Below are positions 29,075 to 43,650 of a DNA stretch of 64,000 nucleotides, piece after piece. A program made the translations under genes and the position numbers. The stretch is from assembly GCA_964016885.1 (NCBI GenBank), contig OZ024754.1, positions 2,356,001-2,420,000 of the forward strand, read 5' to 3'. Every line of letters begins with the position of its first letter. The stretch's first letter is position 1. This DNA comes from Eledone cirrhosa (lineage: Eukaryota). The notes beneath the pieces were generated by a model. The model saw only the letters and a list, made by a program, of their open reading frames with translations, was not told where the DNA came from and did no database searches.

Positions 29075-29169
29075 GGGAGAGATAGAAGGAATTACAGAAA
29101 TATACTTGTTACCAACCAGACTGGTTAAAAGATGAATATACAACACACTGATTATATATATACACATTC

Positions 29170-29201
<32 letters not shown>

Positions 29202-29518
29202 CCATCTTTTATATACATACTCTCAGAGACACGAAGATAAAAATCCGGATATTATATACATATTGCACCTCGCCTTTTTCTGCTTTTTTTCTCTTTTTTT
29301 ACTAATTGACTACTTGTTCTTTTTGAGTGTATGCCAAAGCGCCCCCTATCGACATTCAGCTTAACAAGAATAGAATGGTGCAACTATCGATCTTCTCTAT
29401 ATATCTTTAATCTCTCTTCCTTGAAACTCTTTCGGCTGAGTCAGAATGTAATGAGGTTCGTTTAGTTTATTTGTGTTAATCAGATAGGGTGGCAATGTGG
29501 TGAGTTGGTGGTGAGGAT

Positions 29519-29600
<82 letters not shown>

Positions 29601-29606
<6 letters not shown>

Positions 29607-29700
29607 GACAGAGAGGAGAGAGATGGGACAGAGAGGAGAGAGATGGGACAGAGAGGAGAGAGATGGGACAGAGAGGAGAGAGATGGGACAGAGTGGAGAG
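29601..29700. repeat. 20-bp minisatellite x5 (agatgggacagagaggagag)
   Basis: Direct tandem copies following (AG)n. Confidence 0.95.
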
Positions 29701-30125
29701 AGGACAGAGTGGAGATAGAATGAAGTGGAGAGAGCGAAAACAAGAGAATTAGAAGGAGAAACTGTGAAGTGTAGACGAAGAGGTGTAACAAGAGGGACTG
29801 GTGTGTCGAAGATGGAAAGCAAAGATTCGTTGACTTTGGACGGATGGAGATGACCAAAGATACGTGTGGGATAACAGAGGAAGGATAATTATATTAAAGC
29901 CTTTTATCACCATCATTCTTTGGTTTCCAGACATTCGACCAAACTGTCCTCAATTATACCATTCACACAGTCAACCACCAACTTACTTACACATCTCTCT
30001 CTCTATATATATATATATAATATATATATTATATATATATATATGTATGCACACACACATATATATATATATATAATATATTATATATATATATGTGTAA
30101 GTAAGTTGGTGGTATATGTATGCAC

Positions 30126-30197
<72 letters not shown>

Positions 30198-30229
30198 ACA
30201 CGAGTGTGTATGATTGTGTATAGAAGATT

Positions 30230-30533
30230 ATATTAATAAAAGGAATTCCAACTTTGTCTGATTTACTCGTTTTATTTACAATCCTTTAAAATTTATAATG
30301 GTATTAGAGTGAAATAGTATGGTAGAATATTAAATGTTAAGTGTTAATTGAACAAGTACACCACAGAATATGAACCTGAAGATTGCGAAAGCATGAAAGT
30401 ACTTGTTCTATTAACACTTAACATTTAATAGTCTACCATACTATTTCATTCTAATACCATTATAAATTTTAAAGGATTGTAAATAAAACGAGCAAATCAG
30501 ACAAAGTTGGAATTTGGAATTCCTTTTATTAAT
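30230..30533. mobile_element. TA-associated element with ~130-bp inverted arms (30230-30359 vs 30399-30533)
   Basis: Arms are reverse complements; the spacer contains the 5' part of a hammerhead. Confidence 0.85.
30372..30408 (+). ncRNA. Minimal type-I hammerhead ribozyme (37 nt)
   Basis: gaac-CTGAAGA-ttgc(gaaa)gcat-GAAA-gtac-TT-gttc; all core positions canonical, stem III AGUACU palindromic. Confidence 0.85.
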
Positions 30534-30549
30534 ATATATATATTTATAC

Positions 30550-30646
<97 letters not shown>

Positions 30647-31273
30647 TAGATAGATATGCTTTCCTACCTGTTTATTTACTGATTCTCAAAAGAACTTACT
30701 TATATAGGCAGACATTTTAAAGCCACACTCATACACACAAAGTTATACATTACTACATATATACATACATATATATATATGTGTGTGTATATATATATAT
30801 AGTAATAATAATAGTAATAATAATAGTAATAATAATAAATGTGAAGACTAAAATCCAAAGAGGGGTCGATAAGGATAAATATATATCAAATATATAAGAA
30901 CCCTAGAGCAAATATTTATTTGCAAGTTGCCTTCCCCATTATATTTATTGTCACTTATCCTTCTAATACCAAGACTGAACAAGTTTTAATTTAAGAGAAA
31001 ATTATATAAAATATTCTCTTATATAAAATATTAAAAATTTTACCTGAAAAATGACTTTCCGGACGACGAGAGTCGCCTTGCAGTCGTCCGCTTGAACTAG
31101 GATTTTGCATAGATTGGCTTTGTGTTAATTGGAACAAGATGGGTGGGAGCTAATGTTGAAAAATAACGGCCACCCTAATACACACACACATAGTTATATA
31201 TATATTGCCAGTGAGTGTGTTCTGTTACTAATTCTGGCAATATTATTACAACAATTTGACCCTCCCCAAGTAT

Positions 31274-31341
<68 letters not shown>

Positions 31342-31440
31342 ACAATATATATATATATATCATATAGATATACATACATATATCATACATACATACATAC
31401 ATACATACATACATACATACATACATACATACATACATAC

Positions 31441-32048
31441 ATGGTGGCTGCCAACTCGTTTTCGAGTACGGCCACTACTTTATATCCATGTAGGAGAACC
31501 CCTACCGATGCGCTGAACGAGTGTGACTTTTTAGTCCAGTCAGCGACTTGAAAACTCTGGCACAAATACCCCACTTGTGACCATTATTGACATATAGTGC
31601 TGGGCCCATGGTACATGTGATGACAAGTGCAGAGATATCTCCAGATATAAAGCAATGCCTGTGCCGTGAAGCTTTTATAGTGAGCAAAGGCACTGCACAA
31701 AGCCAGTCCCACTCTCTTAACCAAGATGATATTTACCAAAAAGAAGAACAAGTCAACATCATTGGATACCATCAGGGTTGCAGGTGTTATATCAGAGTTT
31801 TCCTTCTCCTAGAATTCTGCCTTGACAAAGGCTAAGGGTCATCTCTCCCTGTGATTTTGGATGGCCATTGACTCTTAAGAGCTCCTTTGCCCTTTGACAG
31901 GTCTTGTTTTTAGTCCTGCAGGATGTCCAAAGTCACCCTCCTCACCAAGAAACCTTGGTGGGGTTGCCAGTTTAGTCGCCAACGACCCGACCATGAGACA
32001 GGTTTGTACTGGGATACATGTTACCAGTAGCACCAACTGGTGACCTGA
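31441..32048 (-). mobile_element. Internally deleted non-autonomous RTE derivative (5' UTR + zinc-finger 3' end) inside (CATA)n
   Basis: RTE-type 5' UTR motif aaggcagaattctaggagaaggaaaactctga; 3' end encodes HKWGICARVFKSLTGLKSHTRSAHR*; (TATG)n tail. Confidence 0.7.
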
Positions 32049-32313
32049 CATACATACATACATACATACATACATACATACATACATACATACATACATA
32101 CATAACGTATACATCGTGACTTATATGCAAATATCTAAATGTCTATATGTATACACGTACGAGTTTGGAAGTTGATATGCAAAGACAAAAAACATCGGTA
32201 TAAATGTTTGTTTGTGTGTTTTATATATCTGTTGCTTACAGCATAAGTTGTTCAGGAAATACACCAACACTTTAACATATATACATATACATACATATAT
32301 ATATATATATATA

Positions 32314-32347
<34 letters not shown>

Positions 32348-32350
<3 letters not shown>

Positions 32351-32490
32351 TGAATTATTTCGGGTTGAATCGGAGGTAACCACAGTAAGTGAGGTACTCA
32401 ATACATAGCAGAGTATAAAAGTTTTAATATAGATGAGATTCTACAGGACTAGAACTGTTTCATTCCTTTAGAAATCATCAGGAATCTGGC
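32348..32490 (-). mobile_element. 'tagtcctgtagaa' family element with hammerhead core
   Basis: Minus strand CTGATGA-tttc(taaag)gaat-GAAA-cagttctagtcctgtagaa; ends at (TA)n. Confidence 0.7.
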
Positions 32491-33156
32491 TTTCTAAAAT
32501 AAATGTTGTGGTATTTATATATTTTCAGGTGGTAGGAGAGGGTGGGGAGTGGGATGGGTTGAGGTCATTGGTTGAAAGAAAAGGGAATTCATTAAAAGCT
32601 AATTCTTTAAGGCTATAATTTATATTTAGAGTGACAAAGGCAGAAAGAATTCTATAAACAAGTCCAGATTGGGGAGCCACTCCTTATTTTTAAGTTTCTC
32701 TTAGGCTAACAATGCCTATATTTCAGGTGTGTATAAGATGGTTGGGGGTCAGTCATGGTTGATAGATTTAAAGAAAAAGGGAAATTCTTTAAAGCTCTAC
32801 TTAGAGTGACAAAGGCCAAGAGAATTCTATAAACCATATATATTCTGTCCACCATTATATTTATTCATTTTTCCATTTATGTTTCTGCTAGGGTCCAAAG
32901 ATTATAGACAAACCATGGTATATTTTGATAGCAAATATATCGCTTAGAGATTCCAACATTGCATATAGATTTTTTTTTTGTGGGGGGGAGAAATTCTTGC
33001 ATCACTGGTTTAGCAAACCAACTAAAAACACAAACATTACAACAACAACAATAACAAGAACTATGTTCTTATTCTTTTTTTTTTTTTTGCTCATATTTGT
33101 TTATATTGCTATTATATTCGTGGCAATGCCAGCATCGTTTTCATCGATAGAGCTAT

Positions 33157-33177
33157 CATTATTATTATTATTATTAT

Positions 33178-33261
<84 letters not shown>

Positions 33262-33292
33262 CAGCAGCAGCATTGTTGATGTTGTTGTTGTT
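33157..33292. repeat. (ATT)n(AGT)n(AGC)n compound trinucleotide repeat
   Basis: Source of the poly-L/V/A ORFs. Confidence 0.95.
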
Positions 33293-33685
33293 ATCAACAG
33301 TTATTTTTTACATGTATTCCAAGATTTATATATTTTTAAAATAGTTTCTTCATTTCCATTCAATCTTTGAATATAAACATTTTTTTTTTCATACTATTTT
33401 CGTTTAAGATGGGGTTTTTCTATGTACTTATACATACACACTTAACTACACACACATAGGCACATGGGTTAACACCCACACCCACACACACACACACATA
33501 CCTACATACACACACACACACATATATATATATATACTCACATACACAGAAAACCGTTGATATTGGAATTATTTGTGCGTATTATGAGATGTCACACGAA
33601 TACATTCACATACACGATTCTAACACATGTTTCACCAACGAACCTCATAGAAGCAAACAACATACTCATACACATATCTAAACAT

Positions 33686-33724
<39 letters not shown>

Positions 33725-33872
33725 AAGATACATATATACATTTATATATGTATATATTTCTATATACATATAAATACGTACATATACATCCATATGTATA
33801 TACTTGTTATGGAATATATATACATATATTTGTGTGTGTGTGTGTGTGTGTGCGCGTGTGTGTGTGCGCGTG

Positions 33873-33953
<81 letters not shown>

Positions 33954-34326
33954 ATGGTTGTGTGAATATATAAATTATATTACACATAAAACAGTTATAA
34001 ACATTAACCATAAATTCCTACAAACAACTTATATACGCACATTACAAATTTCAATGTATATACATTGTTAGATAGAAAGATACATATAACAGACCATCAA
34101 ACACACAAAAACATAAATATTCGCCCAGCTTGTGTATATAGTTTAAGACGGTGAAGAGCGATATAGTACACCGCCCGCATACAAACAGCCGCAAAATAAT
34201 ATACGTCATGGTGTATAAATTTCTAAGATCGGGAAACTTAGTGAAAGATATTTGTATAGTCTCACTATAATCATGTAATATATACACACATATAACTATA
34301 TATACATTAGGACGCTACGTATACAT

Positions 34327-34379
<53 letters not shown>

Positions 34380-34440
34380 GACACATATATATATACACAC
34401 ACACAGACATATATATATACACACACACACACACACAGAC

Positions 34441-34475
<35 letters not shown>

Positions 34476-34486
34476 GACAGACACAC

Positions 34487-34535
<49 letters not shown>

Positions 34536-34633
34536 CACACACACACACACATATATATATTGTGTATACACACACACACATATATATATATATATTGTGT
34601 ACACACACACACATATATATATATATATTGTGT

Positions 34634-34673
<40 letters not shown>

Positions 34674-34678
34674 TGTGT

Positions 34679-34737
<59 letters not shown>

Positions 34738-35041
34738 GTACACACACACACATGCATGCATACATATGATTTTACACCCGTATATACATATGTATATGTA
34801 TATATAAATGCATACATATATCATTACATTCACATATGCGTGCGTGTCTGCATATATACACACACATATATATGTATGAGTGTTTAAAGTAGCGGGTGTA
34901 TGTATATATGTAATGTGGTTGGGTGTATGTATATGTGTGCGTGTATATATGTGTGTTCGTGTATGTATGCGATCCCAGTTATCTTCGGTTCTGCAGACTT
35001 TTGTGTAAAGATGGAATATATACTATTAAATGACAAGCTTG

Positions 35042-35508
35042 AGTTGTGAAGGATGTGAGAGAGAGAGAGGGGGGGGGGGGTGAAGAATGGGAGAGAGAGA
35101 GAGGGGGGGGGGGGTTGTGAAGGATGAGAGAGAGAGAGAGAGAGAGAGAGGGTTGTGAAGGATGAGAGAGAGAGAGATAGGGGGGTTGTGAAGGATGAGA
35201 GAAAGTTGTGAAGGATGAGAGAGAGAGAGAGAGAGAGAGGTTGTGAAGGATGAGAGAGAGAGAGAGGGAGAGATAGGGGGGTTGTGAAGGATGAGAGAGA
35301 GTTGTAAAGGATGAGAGAGAGAGAGAGAGAGAGAAGTAGGGGGGTTGTGAAGGATGAGAGAAAGTTATGAAGGATGAGAGAGAGAGAGAGAGAGAGAGAG
35401 GTTGTGAAGGATGAGAGAGAGAGAGCGAGAGAGAGAGAGGGTTGTGAAGGATGAGAGAGAGAGAGAGAGAGAGAGGGGGTTGTGGAAGGATGAGAGAGAG
35501 TTGTGAAG

Positions 35509-35552
<44 letters not shown>
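35042..35552. repeat. Purine-rich minisatellite gttgtgaaggat(ga)n, ~15 units
   Basis: Core gttgtgaaggatgagag recurs with variable (GA)n/Gn spacers. Confidence 0.93.
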
Positions 35553-35555
<3 letters not shown>

Positions 35556-35720
35556 TGCCGAATTTCGGTGTATGTGAGTGTGTATACATGCATACATATA
35601 TATTTACACATATAAAATAACGTATATATATGCAATCGCCGTCAAAGCCTACACACTCGTGTCTATATATGGGTGTGTATATATGTATGTATATATCTCT
35701 CTCTATATATATATATATAT

Positions 35721-35907
35721 AACAAAGAAAATGTAGTAAGGAACCAGATGGACTATAACGCACCAGAGTACTCAATACTTAGGGTAGTAGAGTGGGAAAT
35801 AGGAAAAAGTATGACCCCGGCGGCAGAGCTCAAGCCGTTTCGACGGCTATTTCTAATCCAGAAATAGCCGTCGAAACGGCTTGAGCTCTGCCGTCGGGGT
35901 CATACTT

Positions 35908-35911
<4 letters not shown>
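35721..35911. mobile_element. TA-flanked element with fold-back palindrome (35803-35911) centred on an HHR stem-II-like hairpin
   Basis: gagctcaagccgtttc-gacggctatttct(aatcc)agaaatagccgtc-GAAA-cggcttgagctc. Confidence 0.8.
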
Positions 35912-35960
<49 letters not shown>

Positions 35961-36031
35961 TATATATATATGTATATGTATATGGTGTATATATATATAT
36001 AGATATATATGTATATACATACATATATATC

Positions 36032-36067
<36 letters not shown>

Positions 36068-36199
36068 TATACATATATATATATATGTGTTGTGTGTATA
36101 TATATATATATATATATACTATCCGGATGGCTTCCAAAAAATAATGGTTGCATTTTAATAGGGTACGTCAAAGCTTATTTGTAAAACTGTTATATATTG

Positions 36200-36264
36200 T
36201 ATTTTATCTGATGAAGGCATACCATAGTTTAATTTGGTATCCCTGAAATATGTATAATGAAATA
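36200..36264 (+). ncRNA. Type-I hammerhead ribozyme motif (family A-like)
   Basis: tattttat-CTGATGA-aggcatacca..tggtatccct-GAAA-tatgta-TA-atgaaata. Confidence 0.8.
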
Positions 36265-36303
36265 AATATGGTTTTATAAATTAGTTTCCATTTATTAATA
36301 TCG

Positions 36304-36341
<38 letters not shown>

Positions 36342-36593
36342 GTGATGGTGGTGGTGGTGGTGGTGGTGGTAGTGATAGTGGCGATGGTGGCGGCGGTGGT
36401 GATGATAGTGCTGCTGCTACTGATAATGTTCATTACGTTATAACAAAAGTTGGTAATCTTAAATTATTAACTTTGTTGATGCCAAAAGACCAGGATGCAA
36501 TTTTTTTTAACCTTTTTTTATTCTAATTCTTCTGTTTATTTTTGTGTTTTGTTTTATATTTCTTCTTGTTTCCTTCTTCAGATTCTCTTTTTA

Positions 36594-36718
36594 AATGCTA
36601 GAATGCTAGAATGCTAGAATGGTAGAATGCTAGAATGGTAGAATGCTAGAATGCAGAATGCTAGAATGCTAGAATGCTAGAATGCTAGAATGCTAGAATG
36701 CTAGAATGGTAGAATGGT
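36594..36718. repeat. 8-bp tandem repeat (aatgctag)n, ~15 units
   Basis: Direct tandem copies with aatggtag variants. Confidence 0.95.
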
Positions 36719-36883
36719 ATTTCTTTTATTTCCTTTTTCACTTTGTGATGTCTTTTCATAATTTTATATTTTCACATATATATTATTCATAAATACGAGA
36801 TACGCGTATATATATATATGTGTGTGTTTACGTACATATATATATATATATATACATAAACATATATATATGTATATATATAT

Positions 36884-36998
<115 letters not shown>

Positions 36999-37109
36999 CA
37001 ATCTTTATTTTCGGAAACATCGAAGTGAATCAGACCAAGAGAGATTTTTTTTTTCTAATTTGTTTAACGGTATAGTGGAAACCTAATCGAATTCTGACTT
37101 ATAACGGAT

Positions 37110-37358
37110 GACAACAACAACAACAGCAACATCAACAACAACAACATTAACAAAGACATCAGCAACATCAGCAATAGCATCAGCAACAACATCAACGTCA
37201 TCAACAACAACAGCAACATCAACAAAGACATCAACAACATCAGCAATAGCATCAGCAACAATAACAACAACAATATCAACAACAATATCAGCAACAATAT
37301 CAGCAACAACACCAACAACAGCAACACCAGACACAACACCAGCAACAACATCAACAAC
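37110..37358. repeat. (CAA/CAG/CAT)n degenerate trinucleotide repeat
   Basis: Source of the poly-T/L/V ORFs. Confidence 0.9.
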
Positions 37359-37787
37359 GGTGCTATGATAGATAACACATAACATGAGCTGTCGTGCAGT
37401 GGAGCCTGGCCAAAGTCCTCAGCATTACGGACTGAATTCCTTAACTGTTTGACCATACTGCTAACCACACACATTATAGATGGGAAAGTATACAAAAGTA
37501 GGTGAACATTGATAAGCTTCATAATAAGGGCATTGTTCTCGGTCTGAATTGTTATTGGTCATCTTGTGGGAAGGATGTTGACCTCTACAGTGGTACTGCT
37601 CAATCTGTGATCATTATAAAAGCGACAGACCCGTGGAAACCTACTCAATTCATGTTATTTTATAAACTGTTTTATAGCATCTATGCGCATGAACACGTCA
37701 CTCTTTATATTTATATATAAATATGTATCCTCCTAATATTCTTGTGACAAAGTTTTGATATTATATTTGCGTTTGACCTTTGTTTTC

Positions 37788-37834
37788 TACTCCGATGAAT
37801 CCAGCCTAGTGCTAGGATGAAACGATCGTAAGTG
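37788..37834 (+). ncRNA. Minimal hammerhead motif with U4C core
   Basis: tact-CCGATGA-atccagc(ctagt)gctaggat-GAAA-cgatcg-TA-agtg; GUA triplet, palindromic stem III. Confidence 0.7.
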
Positions 37835-38548
37835 ATTAAATATTTTAAACACTCTTTGATTGTCATTTACATTGTATATATAAATATACCAAGTTTTATT
37901 AAAGAATCCTGGTACCTAATTCCATTATGTTATTGTCAGATCTAGACTGGATCCATGTCTCTCCGATATGGAGAAGTCAACAAGAGTAAATTATATCAAA
38001 CTGAATATTGAACGGTGGCTGTATTCTACTCAATCTACAATTGCTGTTTCTTGTAATAATCATGTTTTCATATCTGTTACTATATATATGGTACATTGAG
38101 TTCTATAAGCAGGATTGGAATAAAAAATATAGAAAAGGAAAGATATCTCAACATATACCTATTAGCATTTTTGAATATTTCATAGAAATTTAATAATTCA
38201 TGCTTACTTCGTGCATTAACGGTTTCCTATGTATTATATGTATATATAGTGAAACGAATTCCGAAAAGCTGATCAGTGGTTACTCAAACACTGCATGTTT
38301 AGGAAATATAGAGAACACTAAATTGAAATTTGCTTCTTGTAATATTAAAATTGTCCTGCGGAAGAAACTTGCAAAGGGGAATGATATCTATCAAAAACAA
38401 TAATAATATGAATGTTATTTAATCATTTTTAGCAGCAAACAAAACAGAAGAGTTACAGGGACAGAACCAACTGGATTCTACATGCATATGTGTATATGAT
38501 ACATGTGTGTGCACGTGAGTATGCATATATATAAATATATATATATAT

Positions 38549-38944
<396 letters not shown>

Positions 38945-38961
38945 ATATATCAAATCATATA

Positions 38962-39026
38962 TTTTATCTGACGAGGACGTACTGGAAAAACAACAACACA
39001 GTACCTTCGAAATATATATAATAAAG
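38962..39026 (+). ncRNA. Type-I hammerhead ribozyme motif (family A)
   Basis: ttttat-CTGACGA-ggacgtactg..cagtaccttc-GAAA-tatata-TA-ataaag. Confidence 0.8.
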
Positions 39027-39215
39027 CATATATTTTGATTATGTGAATATCTTCATTTGTTAATATTTTGAATAATATATATATATATATTTATTAAAAT
39101 AACAGATTAAAGTTTAAGCAATACTATATATATATATATTTATATATATATTTATATATATATAAACGGGAAAAATGAAACGAAATTTCATTTCCCACTC
39201 TGGCAAGAAGGTATA

Positions 39216-39256
39216 CGTTGCTGACGGTAGCTAATAAGCTTGAAACTAGTACAGCG
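39216..39256 (+). ncRNA. Minimal hammerhead motif (A9G deviation)
   Basis: cgttg-CTGACGG-tagct(aata)agctt-GAAA-ctag-TA-cagcg. Confidence 0.65.
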
Positions 39257-39663
39257 TTCCTTTGTCTGTGTTGAACAAACGAGCAACGATGGTTGCTGGA
39301 GACTACGGCTTAATACGGGATGTTTGTTTACAAACACACCGAGCATTATAATAAATGTTCGGTGAATCCATACGTACATATATATATATGTGTGCATGTA
39401 TGTATATAAATATACATACTACTGTACGTCTGTATACATATATGTATGTACGTGTACATACTTATATATATATATATCAATATATATATATATATATATC
39501 TCAATATATATATATATATCTCAATATATATATATATCTCAATATATATATATATCTCAATATATATATATATATCAATATATATATATATATATATCAA
39601 TATATATATATATATCTCAATATATATATATATATATATCTCAATATATATATATATATATCT

Positions 39664-39729
<66 letters not shown>

Positions 39730-40729
39730 GCATACTCACGTGCACACACCTATATATTAGCTTTATGTATCATATACACACATGTATGTAGAATCAAGAA
39801 ATATGTGAGGTGCTACTACTTCCATGATTGTCTTCTGTCAATATTCTAGTATTTATGTCCACTTTATAATATACAGATCGTCGTTGACAGAATAAAAGCA
39901 TCTTATGTTTGTGTGCATATAAGTATGTATCAGCATATATATTTATATATATATATGTGTGTGTGTATATGTGTGTATGTTCATATATATATATATGTGT
40001 GTGTGGGGGGGGGGTTTGTGTGTGTGTGTGTGTGTGTATGTTTACATATATGTGTGTGTATGTTCATATATATATATATTGTATGTGTGTATATGTTTAC
40101 ATATATATATATATATGTGTGTGTATGTATATGTGTGTATGTTCATATATATATTTTATGTGTGTATATATTTACATATATATATATGTGTGTGTATATT
40201 TGTGGATGTTCATATATATATATATATATATTCGTGTGTATGTGTGTATATGTTTACATATATATGTGTGTGTATATGTGTGTATGTTCATATATACATT
40301 ATATATATATGTGTGTATGTGTGTATATGTTTACATATATATATATATATATATGTGGGTGGAGCAGAGTTTGTGTTTAGTGAAGAAGTACTATTTATCT
40401 CTTTATCTATTTATCTATTAACAGTTGGCTGATTTCAATGGTATTGCACCTTCATTGACTTCAAATAACAAACTTTGAAACTATTCAACTTCTTACATCT
40501 CCTTATTCGTCTTTGTCATCACATTTCTATTGCTTCTTCTTATGTATTTTGTAATATTTGTCTATCCATCTCCTGTGGTAACCCTCCGCAACCACTCTGT
40601 GTGTGTCCGTTCCGTTTCGTGCACATGGGCTCAAATGATTTAGTAATAAACACACAAATAATAAAATAGTTATTTTTTATTGTTGAATTCTTGTTGTAAC
40701 TACTATGACGACTATAAGGTGTAGTAGTA

Positions 40730-40787
<58 letters not shown>

Positions 40788-40888
40788 GGTTCTGTAATTT
40801 CAATGCAAATAAATAGAATATTAAAAGTAGTGGGAATATATATATAAATATATATATATATAAATATATATATATAAATATATATATA

Positions 40889-40963
<75 letters not shown>

Positions 40964-41038
40964 AAATGTTACAACTTATATTCTTTTAGTTTTATTCATA
41001 AATATTTTTGTAATAGTATCTCCTGTTTTATATATATT

Positions 41039-41071
<33 letters not shown>

Positions 41072-41109
41072 ATATTAATATATATTTTATATATATTTAT
41101 ATATATTTA

Positions 41110-41140
<31 letters not shown>

Positions 41141-42349
41141 GGGGGGGGGGGGGTATGACTGAGTTTATTCTTCAGTTTCTTCTATTCCATTCCACCGTTC
41201 CTTACGGTCAGAGCCAAACATACTTCACAAAAATTAACACACAAACTATATTCTGTGATGTGATAAGGTGGAGTCTATAGTATTTTGTTGCTGAAGCCCT
41301 GAAAGCAATGTAGCAGAGAAATCTGCTTGAACGAATTATTTAAATAGAATTAAAAACTTTTTTTCATCTTCACATACCAATAGAAACATAAGTTAGTGAA
41401 AGGAAGTATTCAGTGTCCAAAACTTTTTTCGATCCCGCCTACTTTAAATTGACGAATGAACCATTTGCTTATCACAGAATGCCACTCCTGCTACGATATG
41501 GTACTATTAATCTGTAACACGTTTTTACTGTCAGGTGAGACCCAAACTTTTCTGAACTTGGGTCAGAATTTATACATCATATTTGGTCTTATGCTGGGAT
41601 ATGTATTTATTTTACGATTAACTGTTTCTCTCGTAACATTGAAACAAGAGTGTTATCTAATAGTTGATGTTAGATTGCCTTCCGAAAAGTGAAGCCACGA
41701 AAACTTTGTTTCTCAGATCATTGCAGCATAAATTATATAATTAATATAAATAATTAAAGATAAACTAATTCAATATATAGAATTAAATAATTAAAAATAA
41801 ATAAAATGAATAATTAAAAATAAATATAATAAATAATTTGTTAATCTACTTAAATATTACAGCTGTTATCTTGTGGATAACTTAAAATGTGCTATTTTGT
41901 TATTGGTATTGATTAAAATACACTGTTTATTCCATATAATTAAAATACACTCCTAAATTTGGAGAAAGCCTACACAGTAAAATCCATTCCTGAAACTATA
42001 GCAATTGGAAGTTTTCAAGAATCGGTAATCTGAAGTTTGGTGTGAGAAATTAACAAATAGCTTTCACGTTGTAAGAGATACGCTGCTTAGTGTATTTGTA
42101 TTCGTTATATTTCCTCTTCTCCTATGTAATTAGCTTACATATTAATGGACAGAACGAATCTAATTAGTTTCACTCTGAATATCTATACGTGTGAAATATA
42201 TCATCCTTCATATTTGCGCAGTCAAATATTCGGCTAGCTACAGTGTTGTATCAAATACGATCATAAATACTGTTGTGAATAAAGTGAAGAACTCTTCTAG
42301 AATTAGCGACGACGATACAATATAGAATAAAGTGTTCTGTATTGTTTGT

Positions 42350-43140
42350 TCTGGTCTTACGTCTCTTTAACTTCTGAGTTCTGATTATGTCGAGGTTAGC
42401 TTTGCCTTTCATTCTTACGGAGTCGACAGAATAAAGTACCAGTAACGCTCTGGTGTCGATTTAATTGATTCTACCCTTCCCCAAAACTGTTGCCGTTGTG
42501 TCTAAATCTTAAAACATTATTTGCTCTGGACTATGAGTTCAAATCCCACCAAGGTTAGCTTTGCCTTTTATTTTTACGGGGTCGATAAAATAAAGTACCA
42601 GTAACGCTCTGGTGTCGATTTAATTGATTTTATCCTTCCCCAAAACTGTTGGCGTTGTGTCTAAATCTTAAAAACATTATTTGCTCTGGACTATGCGTTC
42701 AAATCCCACCGAGGTTAGCTCTGCCTTTCATTCTTACAGAGTTGAGAGAATAAAGTACCAGTAACGTCCTGGGGTCTAAATAATTAACTTTCCCCTCCTC
42801 TAAAATTGTTAGCCTTGTGCCTAAATCAGAAACCATTATTTGTTCCCGTCTTAGGACACCTTACATTCTGAGATCAAACCCCGCCAATGTTAGCTTTCCC
42901 TTTCATCGTTCCTGAGTCAATAAAATAAAATACCAGTGCCTCACCGGGGTTGATTTAATCGACTTTCCCCTTCCCTTTACATAGCTGGCCTTGAACCCAA
43001 CGTAGAAATAATTATTTGTTCTCGATCAGGGTGGCACATTGGCAGAATCGTTAGAGAGTCGGACAAATAGTTTTGATTTCAAATCCCGTCATGGCTAACT
43101 TTGCCTTTCATTCTTTCAGGGCTGATATAATAAAGTACCA
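42350..43140 (+). mobile_element. Tandem array of ~5 partial SINE copies
   Basis: gttagctttgcctttca..ataaagtaccag recurs at ~42395, 42555, 42715, 42890, 43095. Confidence 0.9.
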
Positions 43141-43361
43141 TATACATAGATACTTGATATTATAAAGTACCATTTCCTTGGTATAATAAATTTGTTGAGG
43201 AAACGGCGCTGATCCTTTTGACTTCCGAATTTGTAATAGAAATGGGAGAAATTCTATATACAGCATTCATTTACGCCATAGATTTACGTCAGCTATATAT
43301 TATCTGAAACTACTGTACTGCCTACCCTCTTACAATATAATATTAGTGTTAAGCAGTGCTG

Positions 43362-43650
43362 TGGAGGAGTATGGCCTAGTCGTAAAGGTGTTGGACTTAC
43401 GATCATAATGTCGTGGGTTTGATTTCTGGACCAGGTTTTGTGTTGTGTTATTGTGCAAAACACTTCATTTCAGGTTGATCCAGTATACCCAGCTGAAAGT
43501 GAGTACTAACAATAGCTGTGGAGGGGGGGGGGGGGGGTAACTCTGCGATGGACAAACGTCATATCCAGGGGAAGTGTTGTACTCTCAGTCACTTATTGCC
43601 ACAGAAACGGGGATAAGGGCTGGTTTGATGAGCTTTCGGGCTTCAGACAG
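43362..43650 (+). mobile_element. Old tRNA-derived SINE with CORE/Nin-like body
   Basis: Head tggcctagtcgtaaag..gggtttgatttc; body ctgcgatggac..atccagggg..cagaaacggggataag. Confidence 0.65.

Noticed and set aside
31502-31693. C2H2 zinc-finger gene exon
   Set aside because: Single degenerate finger at the 3' end of an RTE-derived element; first Cys lost; no splice context
36594-36718. Telomeric repeat
   Set aside because: Unit is aatgctag, not TTAGGG
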